Source: an uncultured virus (IMG/VR IMGVR_UViG_3300030419_004303)
Lineage: Duplodnaviria; Heunggongvirae; Uroviricota; Caudoviricetes
DNA: 20,000 nt
Reading direction: 5' to 3' (one strand)
IMG/VR virus record: IMGVR_UViG_3300030419_004303
The notes beneath the pieces are model-generated. The model saw nothing but the letters and a program-made list of their open reading frames with translations, ran no database searches and was not told where the DNA came from. The translations under genes and the position numbers were made by a program. This document shows, piece by piece, positions 8,656 through 17,454 of this stretch; within the stretch, counting starts at the first letter, position 1, and every line of letters begins with the position of its first letter.

Positions 8656-9012
8656 ATGACAATTGAAATAGAAGATAAGTTTGCCGTATACATTCAAGCG
8701 GCTCTTTATATGGCTCACATCACACTGGAGGGGTGTGAAGTGGAGTCCCTCTACGACACTATAATTAGAGAGGTAGATGGGCAAATCGTCGGGGGAGACG
8801 ATGGTGAACCAGACTTTGGAAGTATTATTGATATTTTTGAAGAGAACCTTTGGTTTAAGTCAATCGTAGGGAAGAGCGCATCGTTGAAGCATAAGCAGAA
8901 ATTTAAATACGAAGGAAGTATTGATGAAGGAACTTATAAGGTAACACCCGTGTCAAAATGGAATAAAAAAACCAGAGAGTGGGAAGGGCCAGACGAAAAT
9001 ATATATGCATAG
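8656..9012 (+). CDS. Hypothetical protein (118 aa)
   Basis: In-operon ORF with 8-9 bp spacings to its neighbours; no recognised motif. Confidence 0.65.
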   Translation: MTIEIEDKFAVYIQAALYMAHITLEGCEVESLYDTIIREVDGQIVGGDDGEPDFGSIIDIFEENLWFKSIVGKSASLKHKQKFKYEGSIDEGTYKVTPVSKWNKKTREWEGPDENIYA

Positions 9013-9021
9013 AATAATCTT

Positions 9022-10158
9022 ATGAACGTACAGGATCAAATGAGTGAATCACCAGATCACGGAAGTAGAGGACACGCAGAGTTCTCACCATCCAGCCTAA
9101 AGTATGTAGCCTCTTGTCCAGGATACAAGGGACGAGAAGGTACGAATGCCGCAGCAGAAAAAGGCACGAGGATACACGAGGCTTTAGAAGTTAGAGATCC
9201 ATCAGCACTTCATGACGAAGAAGAGTTACAGATCTACGAGCAGATATGTGAAGATGAGGAAGCTTTCATGAAGGAGATTATAGGGGATGAGGAATATGTG
9301 GAGCACAATGAGATGCTCACCCACGTACAACTTAATGGAACCAGTACATGGGGAACCTGTGACCGCCTAATCCTATACGGAGATAAAGCAATCATGGGGG
9401 ACTATAAGACAGGAATCTCTGTGATTGATTCGCCTAGAGATAACTGGCAAGCAAAAGCGTATGCATTAGGAGCTTTCCAAAAGTTCAAAGAGATACAGGA
9501 AATTACGTTCGTGTTCTATGTACCTGTGAGACATGAAGTCTTGCACGATGTATTCAAGAGAGATGAAATGCCAGAAATGACTAAAGAGTTATCCTGGACC
9601 ATCCTCGAAGGAGAGAGGGTAAGACCTCAATGGGAATATGGTACCCCTGCGATTGAGGATATTAATCCTACTGTTAATTGCAGGTTCTGCGCTTTTGAGG
9701 AAAAATGCCCTGCTCTAGGAGCCATCGCAATTGAAGTGGCTCAACGGGTAGCGGACCACCCTATCCCAGATACCGATATTGATGACCCAGATGACATGGC
9801 TACACTGGAACAGCTATGGGCAATTGCTAAAATAGTCACGAACTGGGCTACAAGGATCAAGGCTAAAGCTATATTGAAAGCTAAAGAGGGAGAAGAGTTC
9901 CCATCACTTCGATTAAAGTCTATGGGGGCTACGAAGAAGTGTAATGACAATCAAAAGCTAATGGAAATAGCGAAGGCATATGATATGCCAGATGAAGAAT
10001 TACTCACGCTAGCAACTTTTCCTTTGCAAAAAGTTGCCACTGCTGTAAGTAAACGAGCCCCAGATGGGGAGAAGGGCCAAGTGAAGCAGGATTTTTTAGA
10101 TGCTGTTAGCGAGGCAGATATTGTCGATGTCTCTGAGAAGAGATACACATTGACTTAA
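9022..10158 (+). CDS. DUF2800-type Cas4/RecB-like PD-(D/E)xK exonuclease with a Cys cluster
   Basis: HAEFSPSS..C, GTRIHEALE, WGTCD, DYKTG, QAKAYALG and C-terminal CRFC-x5-CP. The 1+3 Cys arrangement is typical of Fe-S staple nucleases. Start could be 9040 (MSESPDH). Confidence 0.88.
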   Translation: MNVQDQMSESPDHGSRGHAEFSPSSLKYVASCPGYKGREGTNAAAEKGTRIHEALEVRDPSALHDEEELQIYEQICEDEEAFMKEIIGDEEYVEHNEMLTHVQLNGTSTWGTCDRLILYGDKAIMGDYKTGISVIDSPRDNWQAKAYALGAFQKFKEIQEITFVFYVPVRHEVLHDVFKRDEMPEMTKELSWTILEGERVRPQWEYGTPAIEDINPTVNCRFCAFEEKCPALGAIAIEVAQRVADHPIPDTDIDDPDDMATLEQLWAIAKIVTNWATRIKAKAILKAKEGEEFPSLRLKSMGATKKCNDNQKLMEIAKAYDMPDEELLTLATFPLQKVATAVSKRAPDGEKGQVKQDFLDAVSEADIVDVSEKRYTLT

Positions 10159-10178
10159 ATTGAAAAAAAACAAAATAC

Positions 10179-10850
10179 ATGAGCAAGACTAAAACCAAAG
10201 AGGCAACACATGAAGTTGTCGAAGTAGTAAAGAACGAACTAGCAGAGCAATCCCAATTCATGGTGGATAGTTCTGACATTCAGGTTCCCAGATATTCTCT
10301 GAGACAAAACAGTTCTAAATACAAAGCAGGTGAAACAGGTGATCTTATTCAAGATCAAGAATACGTTGTTATACCTAAAGAGAAAGAGACAGATATTATA
10401 TTTGTCGATGTGAGAAAGAAGTGGAGAGAGATGACACCATTCGGATCTCAGATCCGTGGGCGTGTTGCCTACACTGAAAAAGAAAAACTGGAGATAGAAG
10501 CAGATACAGAGTTTGATGTTAAACCAGCAGCAGACCTTATCTTCCTTGTCCCAGAACAAGAAGGAGCTGATGAGGAGGCTTTCACATACCCTCTTGGTGA
10601 TACTAACTATGCTCTGGGCACATATGATACTGGAAGTAAGGGGGCCTACACAGGAACCTTTAAGCAGATTGCTACCTTTCTAACAACCAACCCAAACGCA
10701 AGTACTGCCAATGTCATGTGGACTTGGCGAGTTGTGGATCGTGAGTGGAATGGTAATGAATGGGTAGAGCCCATGCTAAAAATATCGAAAGAGAAAGTTA
10801 GCAAGGATGTTCTTGAGTTTGCGACTAACTATAAAAGTATCATCTCATGA
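10179..10850 (+). CDS. Probable single-stranded DNA-binding/recombination protein
   Basis: Sits between the exonuclease and polA, the usual SSB slot. N-terminal SDIQVPRYSLRQ resembles the 'D-x-x-x-PRL-x-x-x-Q' start of phage SSB-like proteins; aromatic-rich beta strands. Confidence 0.55.
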   Translation: MSKTKTKEATHEVVEVVKNELAEQSQFMVDSSDIQVPRYSLRQNSSKYKAGETGDLIQDQEYVVIPKEKETDIIFVDVRKKWREMTPFGSQIRGRVAYTEKEKLEIEADTEFDVKPAADLIFLVPEQEGADEEAFTYPLGDTNYALGTYDTGSKGAYTGTFKQIATFLTTNPNASTANVMWTWRVVDREWNGNEWVEPMLKISKEKVSKDVLEFATNYKSIIS

Positions 10851-11008
10851 CAGAACGTGAAATAATTGAAGCTGAACTGGCAAGCGTTGAGGAAATCAGA
10901 AAAGAAGTAAAAGGGAAGCTTGAAGAGCTGACACAATACTTGGGCAAGATGAACGTATTGCATAACGTGTTCTCAGCACAACTAAAAGAAGATTCTAGCG
11001 AGAGCTAG
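10847..11008 (+). CDS. Small coiled-coil hypothetical protein (53 aa)
   Basis: Below the ORF-track cutoff. ATGA overlap with the upstream stop; MTEREIIEAELASVEEIRKEVKGKLEELTQYLGKMNVLHNVFSAQLKEDSSES*. Confidence 0.75.
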   Translation: MTEREIIEAELASVEEIRKEVKGKLEELTQYLGKMNVLHNVFSAQLKEDSSES

Positions 11009-11010
11009 CG

Positions 11011-11087
11011 CACGGGAGATAGACACTCCCACTGTGAGGGGACGCTCTAGCAGTCTTGGCTTATGCTTTCACCAAGGCTGCTAGGGC
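11011..11087 (+). promoter_or_regulatory. Structured RNA leader (two hairpins) immediately upstream of the DNA polymerase
   Basis: GGGAG-atagaca-CTCCC (11014-11030), then a 16-bp stem 11044-11059/11072-11087 with 14 Watson-Crick and 2 U-G pairs and a 12-nt loop. No U-tract follows. Confidence 0.6.
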
Positions 11088-11099
11088 AACCTTACCGAT

Positions 11100-12863
11100 A
11101 TGAATACTTTTGCCCTAGATTACGAGACGTATTACGACAAAGAGTGCTCTATAAAGACTCTTGGACCATTAGGTTATTTTAGCCACCCAGAATTTGATGC
11201 TTACAGAGTATCTATATGGGGGGATGAAGGAACCTCTTTTGTAGGACACCCTAAAGATTTTGATTGGGGTAAACTAGAAGGACAGCGTGTTCTAAGCCAC
11301 AACGCATCTTTCGATGAAACTCTATATCTATATGGTATAAAACAAAACTGGTGGCCATCTGTTAAATATGCAGAGTGGCACTGCACAGCCGATCTATCTG
11401 TTTATTGTGGGCTTCCTAGGTCATTAAAGGGGGCTACTACCGAGGTGTTTAATCTAGAGATTAGCAAATCTACTAGGGACAATATGTCGGGGAAACGATG
11501 GGACAACATGGATAAAGAATTTCAGAAAGAGGTAGATGATTATGCCCTTAAAGATTCTGAGCTATGCCTTAAACTTTGGGAAGAACTGTCCCCTAAATGG
11601 CCCCAACACGAAAGAGAAATTAGCACCGTTAATAGAAGGATTGTTCAACGGGGGATTCCTATAGATTATGATCTCCTTACAAAGAATAAAGATATAATTG
11701 CCCATAAGCTATTCGAGGCAGAAAATAATATACCTTGGGTGGGGGAAGCTCCTATTTTATCCAGGAAAGCTTTTAATGCAGAATGCCGTAAGGTGGGAAT
11801 AGAACCTCCCGCTAGCATGGCCCTTACTTCAGAAGAAGCAAGTGAGTTTGTTGAAAAGTATGGGGAGAAATTTCCATTTATCCTGGCCGTGAGGGATTAC
11901 CGTAGAATAAATGCTCTAAAGAGAAAGTTACAAAGTTTTGAGTACGCCACTCTGGATGATTTGAGATACTACGGGGGATGTTTTTATTTTGGAGCACACA
12001 CAGGCAGATATTCGGGTAGTGGAGGAAACCTTAACTTACAGAATTTACCTAGAGCGGAACACTTTGGAGTTAATCTACGGCACATGATAAAAGCCCCCAA
12101 GGGAAAGAAACTTATTATAGCCGACTTGTCTCAAATAGAAGTTCGTACATTGTTTTATCTAGCACAGGATAAAGCAATGTTAGAACGAATTAGAAACTGT
12201 AATGACATTTATGAAGTGTTTGCTTACAGACTTGGAATGTACCAACCACAGGAAATTCCTTTTAAAGAATTAAAGGGGGGTAGGCTTAGACATGTAGTTA
12301 AACAAATTATCTTGGGTTGTGGGTATGGTATATCAGCCAAGAAGTTTGCTCAAATAACAGGGATGAGTGAAGAGGAAGCTACTTACGGAGTTCGTCTATA
12401 CCGTGTTACTTTTAGACAAGTAGTAAAATTATGGAATGACTATCAGAGAAGAGTTGTAACATGTAACTACCTTCAAAAAGATTTCTCTATAGAACTTCCT
12501 TCAGGTAGAACATTAGAATATGGAAAAGTGAAAAAGAATGTTGGTGATAACAGAATTAATTATGTGGTGTATCAATACAGGGGAGGTAAAAAAGTTCCAA
12601 TGAGAGCTTGGGGAGGGCTACTAGCAGAGAATGCATCTCAAGCCCTTAGTCGAGATGTCTTTTCCGATATGATGTTGAGGCTAGAAGCCTTGGGTATAAA
12701 AATAATTTTCCACGTTCACGATGAGTTTGTCATTGAAGTGGACGAGGAGAAAGCAGAAGACACTTTAAAAGATGTCATAGAAGTAATGTCAACCCCTCCG
12801 ACATGGATACCTAAGCTACCCCTAGAAGCTGAAGGTAAAATTGTAAACAAGTACCAAAAATGA
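11100..12863 (+). CDS. polA: Family A DNA polymerase with 3'-5' exonuclease domain (no 5'-3' exonuclease)
   Basis: ExoI ALDYET, ExoII HNASFD, ExoIII YALKDS; TGRYS, NLQNLPR, motif A ADLSQIEVR, motif B RHVVKQIILGCGYG, motif C HVHDE. Confidence 0.95.
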   Translation: MNTFALDYETYYDKECSIKTLGPLGYFSHPEFDAYRVSIWGDEGTSFVGHPKDFDWGKLEGQRVLSHNASFDETLYLYGIKQNWWPSVKYAEWHCTADLSVYCGLPRSLKGATTEVFNLEISKSTRDNMSGKRWDNMDKEFQKEVDDYALKDSELCLKLWEELSPKWPQHEREISTVNRRIVQRGIPIDYDLLTKNKDIIAHKLFEAENNIPWVGEAPILSRKAFNAECRKVGIEPPASMALTSEEASEFVEKYGEKFPFILAVRDYRRINALKRKLQSFEYATLDDLRYYGGCFYFGAHTGRYSGSGGNLNLQNLPRAEHFGVNLRHMIKAPKGKKLIIADLSQIEVRTLFYLAQDKAMLERIRNCNDIYEVFAYRLGMYQPQEIPFKELKGGRLRHVVKQIILGCGYGISAKKFAQITGMSEEEATYGVRLYRVTFRQVVKLWNDYQRRVVTCNYLQKDFSIELPSGRTLEYGKVKKNVGDNRINYVVYQYRGGKKVPMRAWGGLLAENASQALSRDVFSDMMLRLEALGIKIIFHVHDEFVIEVDEEKAEDTLKDVIEVMSTPPTWIPKLPLEAEGKIVNKYQK

Positions 12864-15062
12864 GTTTTAGATATATAAAAAACCACAAAGATCATGCAGC
12901 TACTAAATGTGAAAGCATAGCCGATTTAGACTTAAAGACCCCTGAGTTTAAAAACAAAGTAGAATTCCTTACTTGGTGTCAGCAAAAAGATACAGATTAT
13001 GCATTCTTTTCTCTCTGTGAAGGGGATAACCCTAACCTCAGAGTTACAAAGGATAATCCTGTGTTTAAAGTACATGGGATAGTTGCTGACTATGATGCCT
13101 CCCACGACCCTGAGAAGACCGAGGAGATGATTGCACTGGCATGTAAGGAATGTCGCCCCACTTGGATCAGTGAATCTTTTTCAGGGTATGCTAGATTAGT
13201 TTGGTTATTTCCAAGAGGGTATCCTGTTCCACAGGAATCATACGAAGCATTCTATAAGAGAATTGGAGCTAAGATAGGAGCTGAAAGAGTGTTTCCAGGG
13301 TTTGATGAAGCTTCTTATAAAAGTACACAATACTTTGCAGCAGGTACTAATTGGAGAAAAATAGGAGAACCCCTTGAGGAAGATGTTGTTGTTGGGGCTT
13401 TATTCCAAGCCGTACAAGAATCTCCCCCCACAACAGCCGAGGCCATCATACCTATGGATGTCATCTATGATGAACTACATAGGATGTATAAGGAAAAAAT
13501 AAACTGCTCTAAGGAAGAATTTGGGGTCGGTACAAGACTATTTGTGTTTGATGTTGAACCATTTGAAGAGAGAACTGGATGCATCGTACTCGAACATGGG
13601 GTTTACTATTTTAGTACAAGATCAATAAAGGAATTTAAATCTTGGAAGGAAATTCTTGGGGCTGAGTTTGTACGTGAGTATGAGGAAAAGAAACTAAAAA
13701 AGGTTCTAGATAATTATTGGTACAACGGGACTTTATATTTCAAACTAGGGGACGGTAAGGCTGAAAAAATAACTAAGGATCAACTAAACCTTGAACTTAA
13801 AATGTTGGGGTATTCTCCTAAAATTAAAAAAAATATGTATGTGTCTGAATTGGATATTGCTATAAACTCTATAAACAACAAGAACAGGGTAGACGCTATA
13901 GCCCCTGTTATCTTTTCCAATGAAAGAATTGTTAGGTATAAGAACAAACGGATCTTGAATGAGGGGAAGCTTAAAATACTTCCAGCAGCTGACAATGGGG
14001 ATCCCGAAAACTGGCCCTGGTTAAATAATTTTTTTAACCAACTATTTGCTAAAAATTGTTCTACTGACCAAAAGGAAGTTTGGTACTCTTGGCTTCATGT
14101 GGCTAGACTGTCTCTCAAAGTAGGGGATGTGTCTACCATGCAACAAGGACACGCCATGATATGGTGCGGTGGGGCTGGGGTAGGTAAGTCCCTAACCTCT
14201 GGAGGCATCGCTTCACCCCTTCTAGGGGGGTCTACTAATGCTTCTCAGTACTTATCAGGAAAGACTTCCTTTAATAAGGACTTGGCCAACTATGCTCTAT
14301 GGACGATTGATGACACCGTCAGTGCCGCTAGTTTTGCAGATCAAAGAAAGGCAGAGGAAATTCTAAAAGCAGCTGTGGCTAATAGGTACATGAACTATCA
14401 CGCAAAATATGCAGATTCCTTAGAGATACCCATATCTCCTAGAGTTTTTATTACTCTTAACCAAGACCCCGCTAGCCTGTCAGTGATCCCTTCTTTAGAT
14501 CAGAGTAATAGGGATAAGATAATAGCCTTGCGGATTGCAGAAAGTGCTATGATTGACTTCCCAGAGAACTTATCAGCGATAATAAAAAAGGAGCTACCAT
14601 ATTTCGCCAAGTTTATAGAAGATTGGGAAATACCAGAACACCTAAAAGGTACTACTAGATTTGGTATGAAAAACTACATCGATGATGTGATATCTAAAGC
14701 GGCTTATGATAACTCAAGAAGATCCCATGTGGCCGAAATGGTGGAATGGTTAGTTCAGGAACACAGGAAGTTTGAGTTTGAGACATCCGATGGGGATGGT
14801 CCTAAATTTCTTGTAGATACACTTACAGGTTTGCAATCTATGATTATTCGCTATAANNNNNNNNNNTTTAGCAGTCTCCCATGACTTATATGCAATGGGG
14901 CAGGGGCTCCAGACAATGGAAGAACAATGTAAAATAGATAAAACATTAAGACCAATTTATTCTACGGGTTCTGGGGGCGGTACTTATTGGGAAATATGTT
15001 TAGATGAAGAATACGATATAAAACCAACCACATCTAAAAATAAAAAAAGATTAATAAAATGA
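12860..15062 (+). CDS. Primase-helicase fusion (N-terminal Prim-Pol/AEP-like, C-terminal SF3-like P-loop ATPase); spans an assembly gap
   Basis: GIVADYD and SESFSGYARLVW (AEP-like motifs I/II), Walker A GGAGVGKS, Walker B WTIDD, motif C FITLN. After the N run an open frame from 14868 (LAVSHDLYAMGQGLQTMEE...WEICLDEE...RLIK*) ends at TGA 15060-15062, overlapping the next ATG. Confidence 0.8.
14857..14866. other. Assembly gap (10 N) with probably mis-estimated length
   Basis: The N run is visible. Frame continuity of the primase-helicase requires a true gap length divisible by 3. Confidence 0.9.
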
Positions 15063-15334
15063 GCGAAGAAGAAGTAAATGACTTTTTAAGTGAGGTAGTA
15101 GGAAAAGAAGCCGACAGTGTTTATATAATTCCTGGCATGCATTACGGTTTTGTGGGGGTAACCGCTTCTTTAGAGTCGGTCTACAGTGTGGAACAATCCA
15201 TAGCTAAGTACTACCCTAAAACGAAATCGGGGGAGGCTGAGGATTTACTATGGGAGAAATTCTCACACCATGTTGATCTAGCAATCAATGAAGGTTGCCC
15301 TGCGCCTATACTAATTAATACAGTCCTTACTTGA
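15059..15334 (+). CDS. Hypothetical protein (91 aa), possible distant paralogue of 6343..6615
   Basis: ATGA coupling to the primase-helicase. IIPGMHYGFVGV...VYS...PAPILI parallels LYDGLQDAFIGS...CYS...ATPCFL. Confidence 0.65.
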   Translation: MSEEEVNDFLSEVVGKEADSVYIIPGMHYGFVGVTASLESVYSVEQSIAKYYPKTKSGEAEDLLWEKFSHHVDLAINEGCPAPILINTVLT

Positions 15335-15851
15335 TTGAGTTAGGACGTTCTAAATCCTCAATAGGGATATGAAGCCCCGAAGACTTAAATACAAATCCGT
15401 CTTCATCCATATCACCTCGATGTACAAAATCAGCTTTTCTTAAAAGTTGTGTAGTGGGTAGCCACCCAACTAGCCATACGACCATTAAATCTCTGCGTAC
15501 TCTAGTAAAAAAATAAATATCATTATTTAATACAGGAGATTCTTTGCAATTAACGAAAGCGCTGTATTCTAACTTAGGTTCAGAGCTACAAGTTTTAGAT
15601 TTTACCTCTATCTCTTTGTTTTTATATGTAATATCATAACAAAAAGATGTGTCCCCAACATATTTGCTCCTGGGCAAATACTTATTTACTGCTATCTCTC
15701 CTAAGCACCCAGCCATTCTTCCTAACCCTCTAGTGTAAGAGTTAGGCAACACTCCCATAGCTTTAGCTCTTTTATGAGCTACACAAATATCGTCCCCAGA
15801 AGGAACAAATTTTACAAAAGAGTCAGTACTATTGAATTGTTTTTTGCTCAT
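15327..15851 (-). CDS. PD-(D/E)xK restriction-endonuclease-like protein
   Basis: GCLGEIAV (helix E), YDITY (D), IEVKSK (ExK), followed by YFFTRV and VWLVGW strands typical of this fold. Confidence 0.7.
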   Translation of the reverse strand: MSKKQFNSTDSFVKFVPSGDDICVAHKRAKAMGVLPNSYTRGLGRMAGCLGEIAVNKYLPRSKYVGDTSFCYDITYKNKEIEVKSKTCSSEPKLEYSAFVNCKESPVLNNDIYFFTRVRRDLMVVWLVGWLPTTQLLRKADFVHRGDMDEDGFVFKSSGLHIPIEDLERPNSIK

Positions 15852-16374
15852 TATTTAATCTAGCTTCTACCGCCTCTTGGAACCCTAACTCCAAGTGTTT
15901 GGCATTTCCTAGATCTACTACAGCCTGTACATTTCTCTCCATCCGAGGAGCTATTCCTGTGCCCTCTTTTTTAGATTCACGATACTCATCGTTATCTAAC
16001 ATTTCTTTAGCAAAAGCATAATATTTCTTTTCTTTAAAAAGTTGTGTAGCTTTTGGAGACCCTCGCCAATCCCCCCTAAAATCAAAGTCAGTAATTGCTA
16101 TCTTTACAGGATCGGGAAGTTCCTTCCAATGAGCTTCTCCGATGTCCTTTATAACATAGTTTATCTTTTCTTGTACATCTTGGTTAAATAGATCTTCAGC
16201 TTGCTGTGCGGTTATTGTTGTAAACTTTTCTTCGGGCTTCAATTTGTGGCCAACCCCAATCGTGGGGATCCCTTTAATATCTTTATAAACTTTTAGAGCT
16301 GGTTTGCCCCCAATAGTTTCATTTTTTAAAATGTAAGAGTATAAATTTTTCCTAAATGGAACTTCGTTAGGCAT
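15829..16374 (-). CDS. Phage lysozyme/muramidase (GH24, T4 lysozyme-like)
   Basis: LKNE...VYKDIKGIPTIGVGH carries the E-D-T catalytic signature, followed by AEDLFNQDV and AKEMLD...RMERN helices. Confidence 0.85.
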   Translation of the reverse strand: MPNEVPFRKNLYSYILKNETIGGKPALKVYKDIKGIPTIGVGHKLKPEEKFTTITAQQAEDLFNQDVQEKINYVIKDIGEAHWKELPDPVKIAITDFDFRGDWRGSPKATQLFKEKKYYAFAKEMLDNDEYRESKKEGTGIAPRMERNVQAVVDLGNAKHLELGFQEAVEARLNNEQKTIQ

Positions 16375-16678
16375 CGTCTTTAAATTTTATTCGTTTAAGA
16401 AAAAGCGCCCAGGCAGGAAAGAATATTTCCTCCATGCAACGGACAACAGCTTCCTGCTCATATGTCTCAAGGAAGCCTACCCCGCTTATTAACAAGCTGG
16501 CCTCCATCATTTCATGTCTTATTGTGTTTAATAAAGCTTTGTGTTTAAGATCAGAGTTAATCTGTATTAATTTTTTATCGTGGAAATACAGCCCATAAGG
16601 AGGATCCTCTCCAGAAAGAGGAATTACTTCCAGTTTTACCCGCTGGCCAGCAATTGAAATTGTTTTAGGTAAATCCAC
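16367..16678 (-). CDS. Small zincin-like (HExxH-family) protein with a variant HExxE motif
   Basis: KTISIAGQRV...YGLY...IQINSDL...NTIRHEMMEA...EQEAVV follows the pattern of small phage metallopeptidase-like proteins. GTG start 1 nt after the amidase stop. Confidence 0.6.
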   Translation of the reverse strand: MDLPKTISIAGQRVKLEVIPLSGEDPPYGLYFHDKKLIQINSDLKHKALLNTIRHEMMEASLLISGVGFLETYEQEAVVRCMEEIFFPAWALFLKRIKFKDDA

Positions 16679-16679
16679 A

Positions 16680-17234
16680 TTACCACCTTCCAGATATCTC
16701 TTTATAAAGTTTTAGTCCCCCCGCTATGGCTTCGGCCATTCCTTCTTTATGGTTTACGGCCAAATCCCAATCTTCAGTGCAGGTTCCGAAAAAGGGCTCT
16801 GCAATACAAGCTGGCATGTGAGTACTCCTAAGAAACATAGCTCCTCTGCTACCTTTACCTCTAGATTTAATACCCCTACTAGCTAATTGTGGGAAAGCAT
16901 CTTCAAAAGAATCTCGTAAAGCACGGGCTATTAGTCTTCCTTGATCGCTCGTGTGCCAGTAAAGCCATTCATGTCCTGTGGCTTTAGGAGAGGCAGCATT
17001 AAAATGAAGCTCAATAGCTGTATCTACACGATCTTCATACAATTTTTTAGCCAGCCAACGCATAGCACTAACATAGCCATTGCCTTTATAAGTGCTATAA
17101 ACCTTTACTGGTTCCCGTAGTTTGCCCGCAATCATCTCAGCGAGTTCGGAATTATAATCCCACTCACTGACCCCCGTTACAGAGGATGCTCCTGAATCAT
17201 TTGGGCGACTGTGGCCTACGCAAAGTGCTATCAT
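16680..17234 (-). CDS. N-acetylmuramoyl-L-alanine amidase (Amidase_3 endolysin, catalytic domain only)
   Basis: Zn-ligand/catalytic pattern IALCVGH, SEWDYN, IELHFNA, ATGHE, FLR..MPACIAEPFF. Confidence 0.9.
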   Translation of the reverse strand: MIALCVGHSRPNDSGASSVTGVSEWDYNSELAEMIAGKLREPVKVYSTYKGNGYVSAMRWLAKKLYEDRVDTAIELHFNAASPKATGHEWLYWHTSDQGRLIARALRDSFEDAFPQLASRGIKSRGKGSRGAMFLRSTHMPACIAEPFFGTCTEDWDLAVNHKEGMAEAIAGGLKLYKEISGRW

Positions 17235-17454
17235 CTCCTACTATTATAGCACGTCTGTACGAATAATCACTATGGAACTTCTGCCCACGCCCCATGAGGT
17301 TGCCTTCTTTGAAGGGATAATCGTACCCTTTTATAAGGGTAACCGTAGGTGGATCATATATGGCGCTTTCGTTCAAGCTGGAGTCTCCCACCAAGTCGTT
17401 CAATCCGCAACTTGGAAGCAGGGCTACCATCAGCGGCAAGGCTATCAATCTCAT
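17197..17454 (-). CDS. Lipoprotein, probable o-spanin (Rz1-like)
   Basis: Start re-assigned to ATG 17454: MRLIALPLMVALLPS-C is a lipoprotein signal with a lipobox. It begins inside the upstream gene in a different frame, within the lysis cassette. Confidence 0.6.
   Translation of the reverse strand: MRLIALPLMVALLPSCGLNDLVGDSSLNESAIYDPPTVTLIKGYDYPFKEGNLMGRGQKFHSDYSYRRAIIVGDDSTLRRPQSPK

Noticed and set aside
9022..10158. Cas4-like nuclease as evidence of a CRISPR-Cas system
   Set aside because: No repeat-spacer array or other cas genes. Its position in a helicase-exonuclease-SSB-polA module is the ordinary phage replication context.
11009..11099. tRNA or intrinsic terminator
   Set aside because: No cloverleaf, T-loop or CCA end, and no U-tract after the stem on either strand.
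5811..13995. Short - strand ORFs inside the replication block (5811, 6073, 6234, 6744, 8554, 9741, 9951, 10239, 11201, 13780)
   Set aside because: They are antisense shadows of motif-bearing + strand genes.
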